DNA of 31,882 bases from a virus (taxonomy: Duplodnaviria; Caudoviricetes): the IMG/VR virus record IMGVR_UViG_3300032282_001443, positions 1 to 31,882 of that record, one strand, 5' to 3'. Made by a program: the position numbers and the translations under genes. The notes beneath the pieces were generated by a model. That model was not told where the DNA came from. It saw nothing but the letters and a program-made list of their open reading frames with translations, and searched no databases. This document shows positions 24,281 to 31,882 of the stretch, one piece after another (position 1 is the first letter of the stretch; each line of letters opens with the position of its first letter).

Positions 24281-24629
24281 CGATGTCCAGCCAATCTCGC
24301 TGTCCATGGTTAAACTATAACGGAACCACCGAATAAGGGTTGAATCTCCACAGCGTATTCCAAAGCATTGAATGGAAAAATCTGGCGCGATCTTCTCCGA
24401 CTACACCACCAAAATCAAAACGATCTCGCGCCGGACACGCTACTGCAAAACGAAACGCCGCCCGCGCCGGACCCACCGTGGTGGCACCCCCCAAATTGGA
24501 GAACACGGTGCGTCACGCCTACGTACACAGTGTTCCGCGCAGCGGATGTTCAAAAATTAAAAACACCCCCCGTCACTTTTTATTTTGCCGACCCCCCACC
24601 CCCTATATATTTTTGTAGAAGACCCCCCC

Positions 24630-24658
24630 TTGTTTTTCTGGTTCCATACTGATACACT
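24630..24658 (+). promoter_or_regulatory. Candidate rightward promoter TTGTTT-17-(TGn)TACACT
   Basis: TTGTTT at 24630-24635 and extended -10 TGA-TACACT at 24650-24658, upstream of the TerS-like gene. Confidence 0.5.
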
Positions 24659-24690
24659 CCGCCCATCTTTTTGGAGTGCCCCTTTCCTCC

Positions 24691-25464
24691 ATGACTCTTT
24701 ACATTGATCCTGACAAGACGGTTCCGTACCCTGAGAGTACTGAACCCGAGGAAGCCCCGACTCTGCGCGAAAACATGCAGATCGCTGCCAACACCGCCGC
24801 TGTGTTGAAAGGGCTCGGTGCCCAATACGAAGAATCTCCCACGGACCAAGCGGACGCGGATGCCGTGTTTCAAGATTTTGCAAAGCGGGCAGAGCGGGAG
24901 TATCGGGACGCGATGGAGGTAGAGGGATCAGATAGAGTGGCGGGACCAGCGGGCGTAGAAGCCGTGCCCAAAAGAGGCGTTGGTCGCCCAAGGACCAGAC
25001 CCCTCAAAGAAGATAAGCCTCCTAAGAATTCCTCTCTTCTCGAGCGAGTGTCCGTCGCTGAGCGAATCGGCACGATGTTGCAAGAGTACAACAGTCAGTT
25101 TGTTGCAGACGCGGCGGAGCTTAGGTTAGTAGTGACTAACAAACTGCTGGACCTTGCCGGTTGCGGAGACCCGCGTATTGAGATCAAAGCCGCTGAGATG
25201 CTGGGCAAGATTTCAGACGTTGGGCTGTTCTCCGAGAAGACCGAGATTACGGTTACGTACAACAACGTGTCTGATCTGGACGAGGCGATCAAAGACAAGA
25301 TCAGGAAGATGATGCGGCTGCATGCCGTGGATGTGCCAACTCTTGAGATTGACGTCGACAAAGTGCTGGGTCTTGAGCGCGAAACAACTCTGGTCGAAGA
25401 CATAGAGATGGCCCGAGGGAAAACCCTACCCGCCGATCCACCTCAGGAGAGTGCCGGTGCGTGA
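24691..25464 (+). CDS. Putative terminase small subunit
   Basis: Immediately upstream of and overlapping TerL. C-terminal EIKAAEMLGK...GLF pattern as in small terminases. Start is ATG 24691 or GTG 24676. Confidence 0.6.
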   Translation: MTLYIDPDKTVPYPESTEPEEAPTLRENMQIAANTAAVLKGLGAQYEESPTDQADADAVFQDFAKRAEREYRDAMEVEGSDRVAGPAGVEAVPKRGVGRPRTRPLKEDKPPKNSSLLERVSVAERIGTMLQEYNSQFVADAAELRLVVTNKLLDLAGCGDPRIEIKAAEMLGKISDVGLFSEKTEITVTYNNVSDLDEAIKDKIRKMMRLHAVDVPTLEIDVDKVLGLERETTLVEDIEMARGKTLPADPPQESAGA

Positions 25465-26986
25465 GCAACAATCCGACATTCTTGACCCCGAGTTCAAAAT
25501 GCTGCTGGCGCAGCTAGATAAACTGCCCGATTCTAAAAAGATGGTGATCCTCCAAGATTTGGAGCGCCGCGAGAAGATGTTGGAGAAGGAACGTGCTCGA
25601 AATACGTTCATGGGGTTCGTTGAGAGAGTGTGGCCAGAGTTCATCAGCGGGCGTCACCACAAGATTATGGCTCAGGCGTTTGAGCGGGTCGCACGGGGTG
25701 AGTGCAAACGGCTCATCATCAACATGCCGCCCCGCCATACGAAGTCAGAATTCGCAAGTTACCTCCTGCCAGCATGGTTTCTAGGTAAATACCCTAACAA
25801 AAAGATCATTCAAAGCTCAAATACGGGCGAATTGGCCGTTGGTTTTGGCCGGAAAGTGCGAAATTTGGTCGATACGGAGGTTTACCGCGAGATTTTTCCG
25901 GAATTAACGCTCCAACAAGACTCCAAAGCCGCTGGACGATGGAATACCAGCAAAGGGGGCGACTATTTTGCCATTGGAGTCGGTGGAACTGTAACCGGAA
26001 AGGGTGCAAATGTGCTGATTATTGACGATCCGCACTCAGAACAGGAAGCTGCACTGGCAGCAAGTAACCCAGAAGTGTTCGATAAGGTGTATGAGTGGTA
26101 TACCTCCGGCCCAAGGCAGCGTTTGCAGCCGGGCGGGGCAATCGTGATCGTTATGACGCGGTGGGCGCAGCGGGATTTGACCGGTCAGGTGCTGAAAGCG
26201 GCCCATAACAGGGGTGGCGAGCAGTGGGAAGTGATTGAGTTTCCTGCCATCATGCCCTCGGGCAATCCGCTATGGCCAGAGTTTTGGTCGTTGGGGGAGC
26301 TTGAAGCTCTTAGGACGGAACTGCCTAATAGTAAGTGGCAGGCGCAGTATCAGCAGAACCCCATTGGTAACGAGTCTGCGATTGTGAAGCGGGACTGGTG
26401 GAAATGGTGGGAACAAGAGCGTCCGCCACAGTGTGAGTACATACTTCAGTCGTGGGACACAGCATTCGAGAAGACTCAACGGGCCGACTATTCAGCGGGC
26501 ACGACGTGGGGGGTATTCTACAACGACGAAGACCACAGTCTGCCCAACATCATCTTGCTCAATACGTACAAGAAGCGTGTTGAGTGGGTGCAGCTTAAAA
26601 AAGATGTGTTCAATGAGTACGAAGAGTGGGAGCCTGATAGTGTGATCGTCGAGAAAAAGGCGACCGGGGCACCACTGATCTATGAACTACGTGCGATGGG
26701 AATTCCGGTGCAGGAGTACACACCAAGTAGGGGGCAAGACAAAATTGCCCGCTTGAACTCTGTCTCGGACATAATTGCGTCAGGTAAGGTGTGGGTGCCA
26801 CGGACTGCTTGGGCCGAGGAATTGGTCGATGAGGTAGCAGCGTTCCCGTCGGGCGAGCATGACGACTTAGTCGACGCTACCACTCTTGCGCTGATGCGCT
26901 TCCGACAGGGGGGATTCTTAAGATTGCCTACTGATGAACCGGAAGAACAGAAATACTTTCGCCGCCGCAATGCGGTGTTTTACTAA
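25451..26986 (+). CDS. terL: Terminase large subunit
   Basis: Walker A variant NMPPRHTKS, Walker B LIIDDP, MTRW, and nuclease motifs SWDTA...ADYSA...HDDLVDA. The true start may be GTG 25457. Confidence 0.95.
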   Translation: MPVREQQSDILDPEFKMLLAQLDKLPDSKKMVILQDLERREKMLEKERARNTFMGFVERVWPEFISGRHHKIMAQAFERVARGECKRLIINMPPRHTKSEFASYLLPAWFLGKYPNKKIIQSSNTGELAVGFGRKVRNLVDTEVYREIFPELTLQQDSKAAGRWNTSKGGDYFAIGVGGTVTGKGANVLIIDDPHSEQEAALAASNPEVFDKVYEWYTSGPRQRLQPGGAIVIVMTRWAQRDLTGQVLKAAHNRGGEQWEVIEFPAIMPSGNPLWPEFWSLGELEALRTELPNSKWQAQYQQNPIGNESAIVKRDWWKWWEQERPPQCEYILQSWDTAFEKTQRADYSAGTTWGVFYNDEDHSLPNIILLNTYKKRVEWVQLKKDVFNEYEEWEPDSVIVEKKATGAPLIYELRAMGIPVQEYTPSRGQDKIARLNSVSDIIASGKVWVPRTAWAEELVDEVAAFPSGEHDDLVDATTLALMRFRQGGFLRLPTDEPEEQKYFRRRNAVFY

Positions 26987-26995
26987 AGGTACAAA

Positions 26996-29512
26996 ATGGC
27001 AACGAACATGATTGACAAGGGTATGTATGCAGCCCCCATGGGTTTGGGGATGGACAGCATGGAGCCCGACCTAGAAATTGAGATTGAAAATCCTGATGCG
27101 GTTACGCTCAGCGACGGTAGTATGGAGATAACTATCGAGCCGGGTAGCGATAGGGAAAAAGGAGCGTTTGGTGCAAACCTTGCCGAAGAAATGGATGACG
27201 GTGAGTTGGCCAGTTTAGCTAGTGACTTACTGGAGCTAGTTGATGCCGACATTGCCAGTCGCAAGGATTGGACTGAGACGTATGTGAAAGGTCTTGAAGT
27301 ACTGGGGACTAAGTATGAAGAGAGAACAGAACCTTGGAACGGGGCTTGCGGGGTATATTCAACAGTTCTTACAGAAGCCGCGATTAGGTTTCAGAGCGAA
27401 ACGATTACTGAGACATTTCCAGCTCAAGGCCCGGTTAAGACAGAAATCATCGGTGCTATAGATAAACTGAAAGAGCAAGCGGCGCAGCGGGTTCAAGATG
27501 ACATGAACTTCAAGCTGACCGAGGAGATGCCTGAGTACCGGCCTGAGCATGAGCGCATGCTGTTTAACTTGGGGCTTGCAGGCTCGGCGTTTAAGAAAGT
27601 ATATTTTGATCCGGGTTTGGGGCGGCAGACTTCGATCTTTGTGCCCGCTGAAGATGTGATTATCCCCTACGGGTCGAGTGGTGCGCGGATGGCTGAGCGT
27701 GTGACGCACGTCATGCGTAAGACTAAGAACGACATCAAGAAGCTGCAAGTAGCTGGGTTCTACCGGGACATTGATCTGGGTGAGCCGGTGATGAACCACA
27801 CGGACGTTGAGAAGAAAAAAGCTGAGGAGCAGGGCTACTCAGTTACTGACGACGATCGGTATCAGGTGTATGAGATTCAGGTGGACTGGAACCTCAAAGG
27901 GTATGAGGATGAGGATGAAGTAGCTGTTCCCTACATCGTGACGATTGATAAGGGAACGCAGGATGTTTTGGCGATCTACCGTAACTGGGAAGAAGGTGAT
28001 GAGAACTACCAGAAGCGTCAGCATCTGGTGCAGTATGACTATATCCCCGGGTTTGGGGCATATGGCATGGGCCTCATTCACATTATTGGTGGTTACGCCC
28101 GTGCTGGCACGAGCCTTATCAGGCAGTTGGTAGATGCAGGCACTTTGAGCAATTTGCCGGGTGGTCTTAAATCTAGGGGGTTAAGGGTTAAGGGAGATGA
28201 CACTCCGATCGCCCCCGGAGAGTTCAGAGATGTGGATGTCCCCTCTGGAAGCATCAAAGACAACATCATGACGCTGCCTTATAAGGAGCCAAGCCAAGTA
28301 TTGATGGCCCTGCTCAACCAGATCACCGATGAGGGTCGGCGGCTGGGCTCTATTGCTGACATGAAGGTCAGCGATATGAGTGCTCAAGCTCCTGTTGGCA
28401 CGACGCTGGCGTTGCTGGAGCGGCAGTTAAAGATCATGGGCGCGGTACAGGCGCGTGTACACAACTCGATGAAGCAGGAGTTCAAAATACTCAAAGGCAT
28501 CATCAGGGACAACACGCCGAGCCAGTATGACTATGAGCCTGAGTCAGGAGACGCGTCTGCCAAGCAAGAAGACTATGACATGGTGGAGGTCATTCCAGTC
28601 AGTGACCCCAACAGCAGCACGATGGCCCAGCGGATCATGCAGTATCAAGCTGTGATTCAGTTGGCCCAGCAAGCTCCGCAGATATACAACTTACCCAACC
28701 TGCACAGACAGATGATTGAGGTGTTGGGGATTAAGAATGCGGAGAAGTTGGTTCCGATTGAAGATGATCAGACCCCGCGTGACCCGATCAGCGAGAACAT
28801 GGCGTTCCTCAACGGGGAGCCGACCAAGGCGTTTATTTACCAAGATCATGACGCACACATTGCGGCGCACTCGACGTTTATGCAGGACCCAATGATTGCT
28901 CAACAGATGGGGCAGAACCCGATGGCGCAGCAGATGATGGGTGCCATACAGGCGCACATTGCTGAGCACTTGGCGTATGCGTACCGTAAGAAGATTGAAG
29001 AGCAGTTGGGTGTTCCGCTGCCCAAACCCAACGAGAAGCTGCCCGAGGAAGTGGAAGTTCAGTTGTCACAGCTTGTGGCGCAGGCGTCCACTCAGTTGCT
29101 CCAGCAGAACATGGCGATGGCGCAGCAGCAGAAGAACCAGCAGATGGCGCAGGACCCGATCATCCAGATGCAGCAGGCTGAGTTGCAGATCAAGCAGCAG
29201 GAAGCTCAGACTCGTGCCGCCAAGGTGCAGGGTGAGTTGCAGCTTAAAGCGCAAGAGTTGCAGATCAAGCAGCAAGAGATGGCCAGTAAGCAGGGTGAGA
29301 ACCCGGCGATTGCAGCGGCGCGGGCGCAGCAGGAGATGGAGACCAAGCGTATGAACATGGGGCTGATGGCCGCGCAGAAACAACAGGACTTGCGCCACAA
29401 GGACATGGCCCACCGCCAGAAGTTAACTCATGCTGAGCAGGTGGCGCGGCAGCAAGCGGCCCTCGCAGCACAGCAAACGGCGCAGGCACCACAACCGGGG
29501 AAGATTGAATGA
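26996..29512 (+). CDS. Portal protein (P22-like, with Gln-rich C-terminal barrel)
   Basis: 838 aa directly after TerL. GSAFKKVY and GFGAYGMG motifs, and a long Q/M/A-rich coiled-coil tail. Confidence 0.88.
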   Translation: MATNMIDKGMYAAPMGLGMDSMEPDLEIEIENPDAVTLSDGSMEITIEPGSDREKGAFGANLAEEMDDGELASLASDLLELVDADIASRKDWTETYVKGLEVLGTKYEERTEPWNGACGVYSTVLTEAAIRFQSETITETFPAQGPVKTEIIGAIDKLKEQAAQRVQDDMNFKLTEEMPEYRPEHERMLFNLGLAGSAFKKVYFDPGLGRQTSIFVPAEDVIIPYGSSGARMAERVTHVMRKTKNDIKKLQVAGFYRDIDLGEPVMNHTDVEKKKAEEQGYSVTDDDRYQVYEIQVDWNLKGYEDEDEVAVPYIVTIDKGTQDVLAIYRNWEEGDENYQKRQHLVQYDYIPGFGAYGMGLIHIIGGYARAGTSLIRQLVDAGTLSNLPGGLKSRGLRVKGDDTPIAPGEFRDVDVPSGSIKDNIMTLPYKEPSQVLMALLNQITDEGRRLGSIADMKVSDMSAQAPVGTTLALLERQLKIMGAVQARVHNSMKQEFKILKGIIRDNTPSQYDYEPESGDASAKQEDYDMVEVIPVSDPNSSTMAQRIMQYQAVIQLAQQAPQIYNLPNLHRQMIEVLGIKNAEKLVPIEDDQTPRDPISENMAFLNGEPTKAFIYQDHDAHIAAHSTFMQDPMIAQQMGQNPMAQQMMGAIQAHIAEHLAYAYRKKIEEQLGVPLPKPNEKLPEEVEVQLSQLVAQASTQLLQQNMAMAQQQKNQQMAQDPIIQMQQAELQIKQQEAQTRAAKVQGELQLKAQELQIKQQEMASKQGENPAIAAARAQQEMETKRMNMGLMAAQKQQDLRHKDMAHRQKLTHAEQVARQQAALAAQQTAQAPQPGKIE

Positions 29513-29700
29513 CAGAAATAGAGTTTCTTAAAAAACAAAACGACGAGTACCGCCAGCAGGCGGTAGACAGGCTTTGTACGGGCGCAGCCAAAGACTACGC
29601 CGAGTACCGAGAGTTGGTGGGGGTGATTCGAGGTCTTGACCACGCCAACTTAACACTTCAAGACTTCGCTAAACGAATGGAGCAATTAGACAATGAGTGA
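29509..29700 (+). CDS. Small conserved head-module protein
   Basis: 63 aa, ATGA-coupled to the portal; contains YAEYRELVGVIRGL. Confidence 0.75.
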   Translation: MTEIEFLKKQNDEYRQQAVDRLCTGAAKDYAEYRELVGVIRGLDHANLTLQDFAKRMEQLDNE

Positions 29701-30094
29701 AATCCTCGTAAGCCAAGACGGTGCAACATCAACTGTCCTTCCCGAAACGGCTGAAGAGAAAGCACGGCAGGTACCCGATCCCGCCACCTTCCATCTTCTG
29801 TGTGTTTTGCCTGAAATTGACGAGTCCTACGACAGCGGCATAGTGAAAGCTAGCCAGACGCTGCACTACGAGGAGGTCCTATCTCCCGTGTTGTATGTCG
29901 TCAAGATGGGACCCGATGCGTACAAAGATGAAAAGCGGTTCCCCAGTGGTGCGTCATGCAAAACAGGGGATTTTGTGTTGGTTAGACCCAACACCGGTAC
30001 ACGGATCAAGATTCATGGCAAAGAGTTCCGCATCATCAACGATGACTCGGTCGAAGCCGTGGTTCAAGACCCGCGTGGTATTTCCCGTGCATAA
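29693..30094 (+). CDS. groES: GroES-like co-chaperonin
   Basis: Mobile loop SGIV, then VVKMGPDAY, KTGDFVL and GTRIKIHGKEFRIINDDSVEAVV. Confidence 0.85.
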   Translation: MSEILVSQDGATSTVLPETAEEKARQVPDPATFHLLCVLPEIDESYDSGIVKASQTLHYEEVLSPVLYVVKMGPDAYKDEKRFPSGASCKTGDFVLVRPNTGTRIKIHGKEFRIINDDSVEAVVQDPRGISRA

Positions 30095-30104
30095 GGAGTA
30101 ACTC

Positions 30105-31073
30105 ATGGCTGAATTTGAAAAAACTACGTTTGTATTTCCGGACGAAAAGGAAGAGGCTGAAGCCAAAGCAGCGCAAGACTTGGAAGAGTCTGGAGTTGCC
30201 CTAGCTGAGCCTGAGATAGAGATTGTTGACGATACGCCAGAGGGGGATAGGGGTCGCAAACCGCTGGACACCCCTCCCGAGGCAGTAACGGAAGAAGAAC
30301 TGTCTAAATATAGCGACAAACGTCTCAAAGAGCGGTTGGCTCACTTGGGGCGTGGCTATCACGATGAACGCCGGGCAAAAGAGGCGGCTAATCGTGAAAA
30401 AGAAGAGGCTTTGCGGTTGGCGCAGACGGTCGTAGATGAGAATAAAAAGCTCAAAGGATCGTTAAATACTAATCAAGAAGCACTACTTGAGCAGGCAAAA
30501 CGGGTGGTTGCCAGCGAAGTTGAAACAGCCAAGCGTGCCTACAAGGAGGCGTATGAATCAGGGGACTCTGACAGGCTTGTGGAAGCCCAAGAAAACCTGA
30601 CTACTGCCAAGATTCGTGCGGACCGGGTAAGTAATTTCAAACCTACCCCTTTACAAACGGATGAGGTTAGTGTACAAACTAAACAAATCACGCGGGAAGC
30701 GCCGTCTGATCCTAAAGTGGAGGCTTGGCAAGACAAGAATCCATGGTTTGGAAAAGACCGGTTAATGACCAGCTATGCTCTCGCGTTGCATGAAAAGCTG
30801 GTTTTGGAAGATGGTGTTGACCCTACTTCGGATGAGTACTACAAGAAACTCAACGGAGAGATTCGCCAAAGGTTTTCGGATAAATTTGCGTCCGACGAGC
30901 CCGCTGAAGCTAACTCTTCTCAGCGCCCGAAAGCAAATGTTGTTGCACCCGCAACGCGCAGCACTGCATCCAAAAAAATCGTGCTCAGCCCGTCGCAGGT
31001 GAATATCGCCAAGCGGCTTGGAATTCCTTTGGAACTCTATGCTCGTAAGGTTGCGGAAGAAATGAGGAAATAA
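30105..31073 (+). CDS. Putative capsid scaffolding protein
   Basis: 322 aa, acidic with coiled coils. Contains W...NPWF and a C-terminal LSPSQVNIAKRLGIPLELYA. Confidence 0.7.
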   Translation: MAEFEKTTFVFPDEKEEAEAKAAQDLEESGVALAEPEIEIVDDTPEGDRGRKPLDTPPEAVTEEELSKYSDKRLKERLAHLGRGYHDERRAKEAANREKEEALRLAQTVVDENKKLKGSLNTNQEALLEQAKRVVASEVETAKRAYKEAYESGDSDRLVEAQENLTTAKIRADRVSNFKPTPLQTDEVSVQTKQITREAPSDPKVEAWQDKNPWFGKDRLMTSYALALHEKLVLEDGVDPTSDEYYKKLNGEIRQRFSDKFASDEPAEANSSQRPKANVVAPATRSTASKKIVLSPSQVNIAKRLGIPLELYARKVAEEMRK

Positions 31074-31075
31074 TC

Positions 31076-31543
31076 ATGGCAGAACAGAACAAACTTAATC
31101 GTGAACTCGAATCTCGTGCTCGCGAGGTGCGTCCAGTGACCAAATGGGCACCTGCTGAACTTCTACCCGAAGTTGACGAAGAGCCGGGCTACGCGTTCCG
31201 CTGGATTCGTACCAGCATGATGGGCCAAGCTGATGCCAAGAATGTGTCTTCAAAATTCCGCGAGGGCTGGGAGCCTGTAAAGGCTTCGGATCACCCTGAG
31301 GCGCAGCTTTTTGCCGAACCCAATAGTCGGTACAAAGACGCGATCGAAGTAGGTGGACTCATCCTCTGTAAAACCCCGGTGGAGTTTGTCGGTCAACGCA
31401 ATCAGTATTTCCAAAAGATTACTGATTCGCAAATTGATTCGGTAGACAACACCTACATGCGCGAGAGCGATGCCCGTATGCCGCTGTTCAATGAGCGCCG
31501 CTCAACAGTGACTAAGGGACGAGCTTTCGGTTCTGGTTCTTAA
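31076..31543 (+). CDS. Conserved head-module protein
   Basis: 155 aa; contains GYAFRWIR and REGWEPV. Confidence 0.75.
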   Translation: MAEQNKLNRELESRAREVRPVTKWAPAELLPEVDEEPGYAFRWIRTSMMGQADAKNVSSKFREGWEPVKASDHPEAQLFAEPNSRYKDAIEVGGLILCKTPVEFVGQRNQYFQKITDSQIDSVDNTYMRESDARMPLFNERRSTVTKGRAFGSGS

Positions 31544-31560
31544 TCTTTAGGAGTCTTTCA

Positions 31561-31882
31561 ATGGCTTACCCCACTGTCTCCGCACCCTATGGTCTAAAGC
31601 CTGTCAATCGCATTGACGGCATGCCATACGCTGGTGCTATTCGACAGATTCCCGTTGCAGCCGCCTTTGCTACCGCCGTCTTTTTTGGCGACACGGTAGC
31701 GATTGACAGCACCGGTTATCTGGTTGTTTCTTCCACCACCAACTCTGGTGCAATTGTCGGCGTCTGTGTCGGCGGTCAATACGTGAATTCGAGCGGCCAA
31801 ACCGTTCAAGGTCAGTATCTGCCTGCTTTGATCAGCACTTCGACCAACCTCGCTTATGCGTATGTGATTGATGACCCCATGG
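31561..31882 (+). CDS. Putative head decoration/minor capsid protein (3' truncated)
   Basis: AGGAG RBS. MAYPTVSAPYGLKPV...FFGDTV...AYVIDDP, open to the window end. Confidence 0.65.
   Translation, partial: MAYPTVSAPYGLKPVNRIDGMPYAGAIRQIPVAAAFATAVFFGDTVAIDSTGYLVVSSTTNSGAIVGVCVGGQYVNSSGQTVQGQYLPALISTSTNLAYAYVIDDPM

Noticed and set aside
1424-24320. Numerous + strand ORFs of 60-200 aa opposite the leftward genes (e.g. 18163-18732, 20117-20722, 23611-24045)
   Set aside because: Antisense shadows of well-supported genes caused by codon bias, with no RBS or recognisable motifs.
24314-24344. Leftward promoter for the first early gene (TATAGT -10)
   Set aside because: The -10 is plausible but there is no convincing -35 at 16-18 bp, so it is not supported enough to list as a feature.
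29100-29490. CAG-rich tandem repeat
   Set aside because: Explained by the Gln-rich coiled-coil tail of the portal protein.
24870-31809. - strand ORFs opposite the packaging/head genes
   Set aside because: Antisense shadows of TerS, TerL, portal, scaffold and head genes.
1-31882. tRNA genes, introns/inteins or stop-codon recoding
   Set aside because: I saw no cloverleaf or T-loop signature. Polymerase, TerL and helicases are uninterrupted and of normal length, and the standard code gives dense, coupled ORFs.

Overview
The whole window is part of a tailed dsDNA phage genome, probably a podovirus-like phage with an APSE/BPP-1-type replication module. A Betaproteobacterial host is plausible but is inference only. 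From left to right it contains: (1) the 3' end of a large + strand virion/ejection-type gene (1-1361). (2) A - strand replication arm (1397-14040) with a RepB-like primase/DUF927 helicase, HTH protein, putative SSB, SNF2 helicase, HNH, an array of tiny coupled ORFs, HTH-DUF3310, PD-(D/E)XK exonuclease, family A DNA polymerase (Leu762) and VRR-NUC. (3) A - strand early arm (14194-24209) with DUF3150-like, HEXXH-vWA and AAA+ ATPase genes, a TraR/DksA-like zinc finger, a degenerate HNH and a roughly 340-bp nested inverted repeat (candidate origin). (4) A divergent + strand packaging/head module (TerS-like, TerL, portal, GroES, scaffold, head proteins). The most striking unexplained signal is a 29-bp palindrome, GGARNNN-TCGACA-NNN-TGTCGA-NNNYTCC. 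It occurs nine times, only in the early arm (14122-24280), in leaders, over stop codons and once inside a coding linker. Three sigma70-like promoters also share an extended -35 box (ACTTGACAWAGTCYAA), and one of them appears to give a leaderless mRNA. I saw no tRNA, CRISPR array, integrase or lysis gene. Product calls come from motif recognition by eye, not from database searches.
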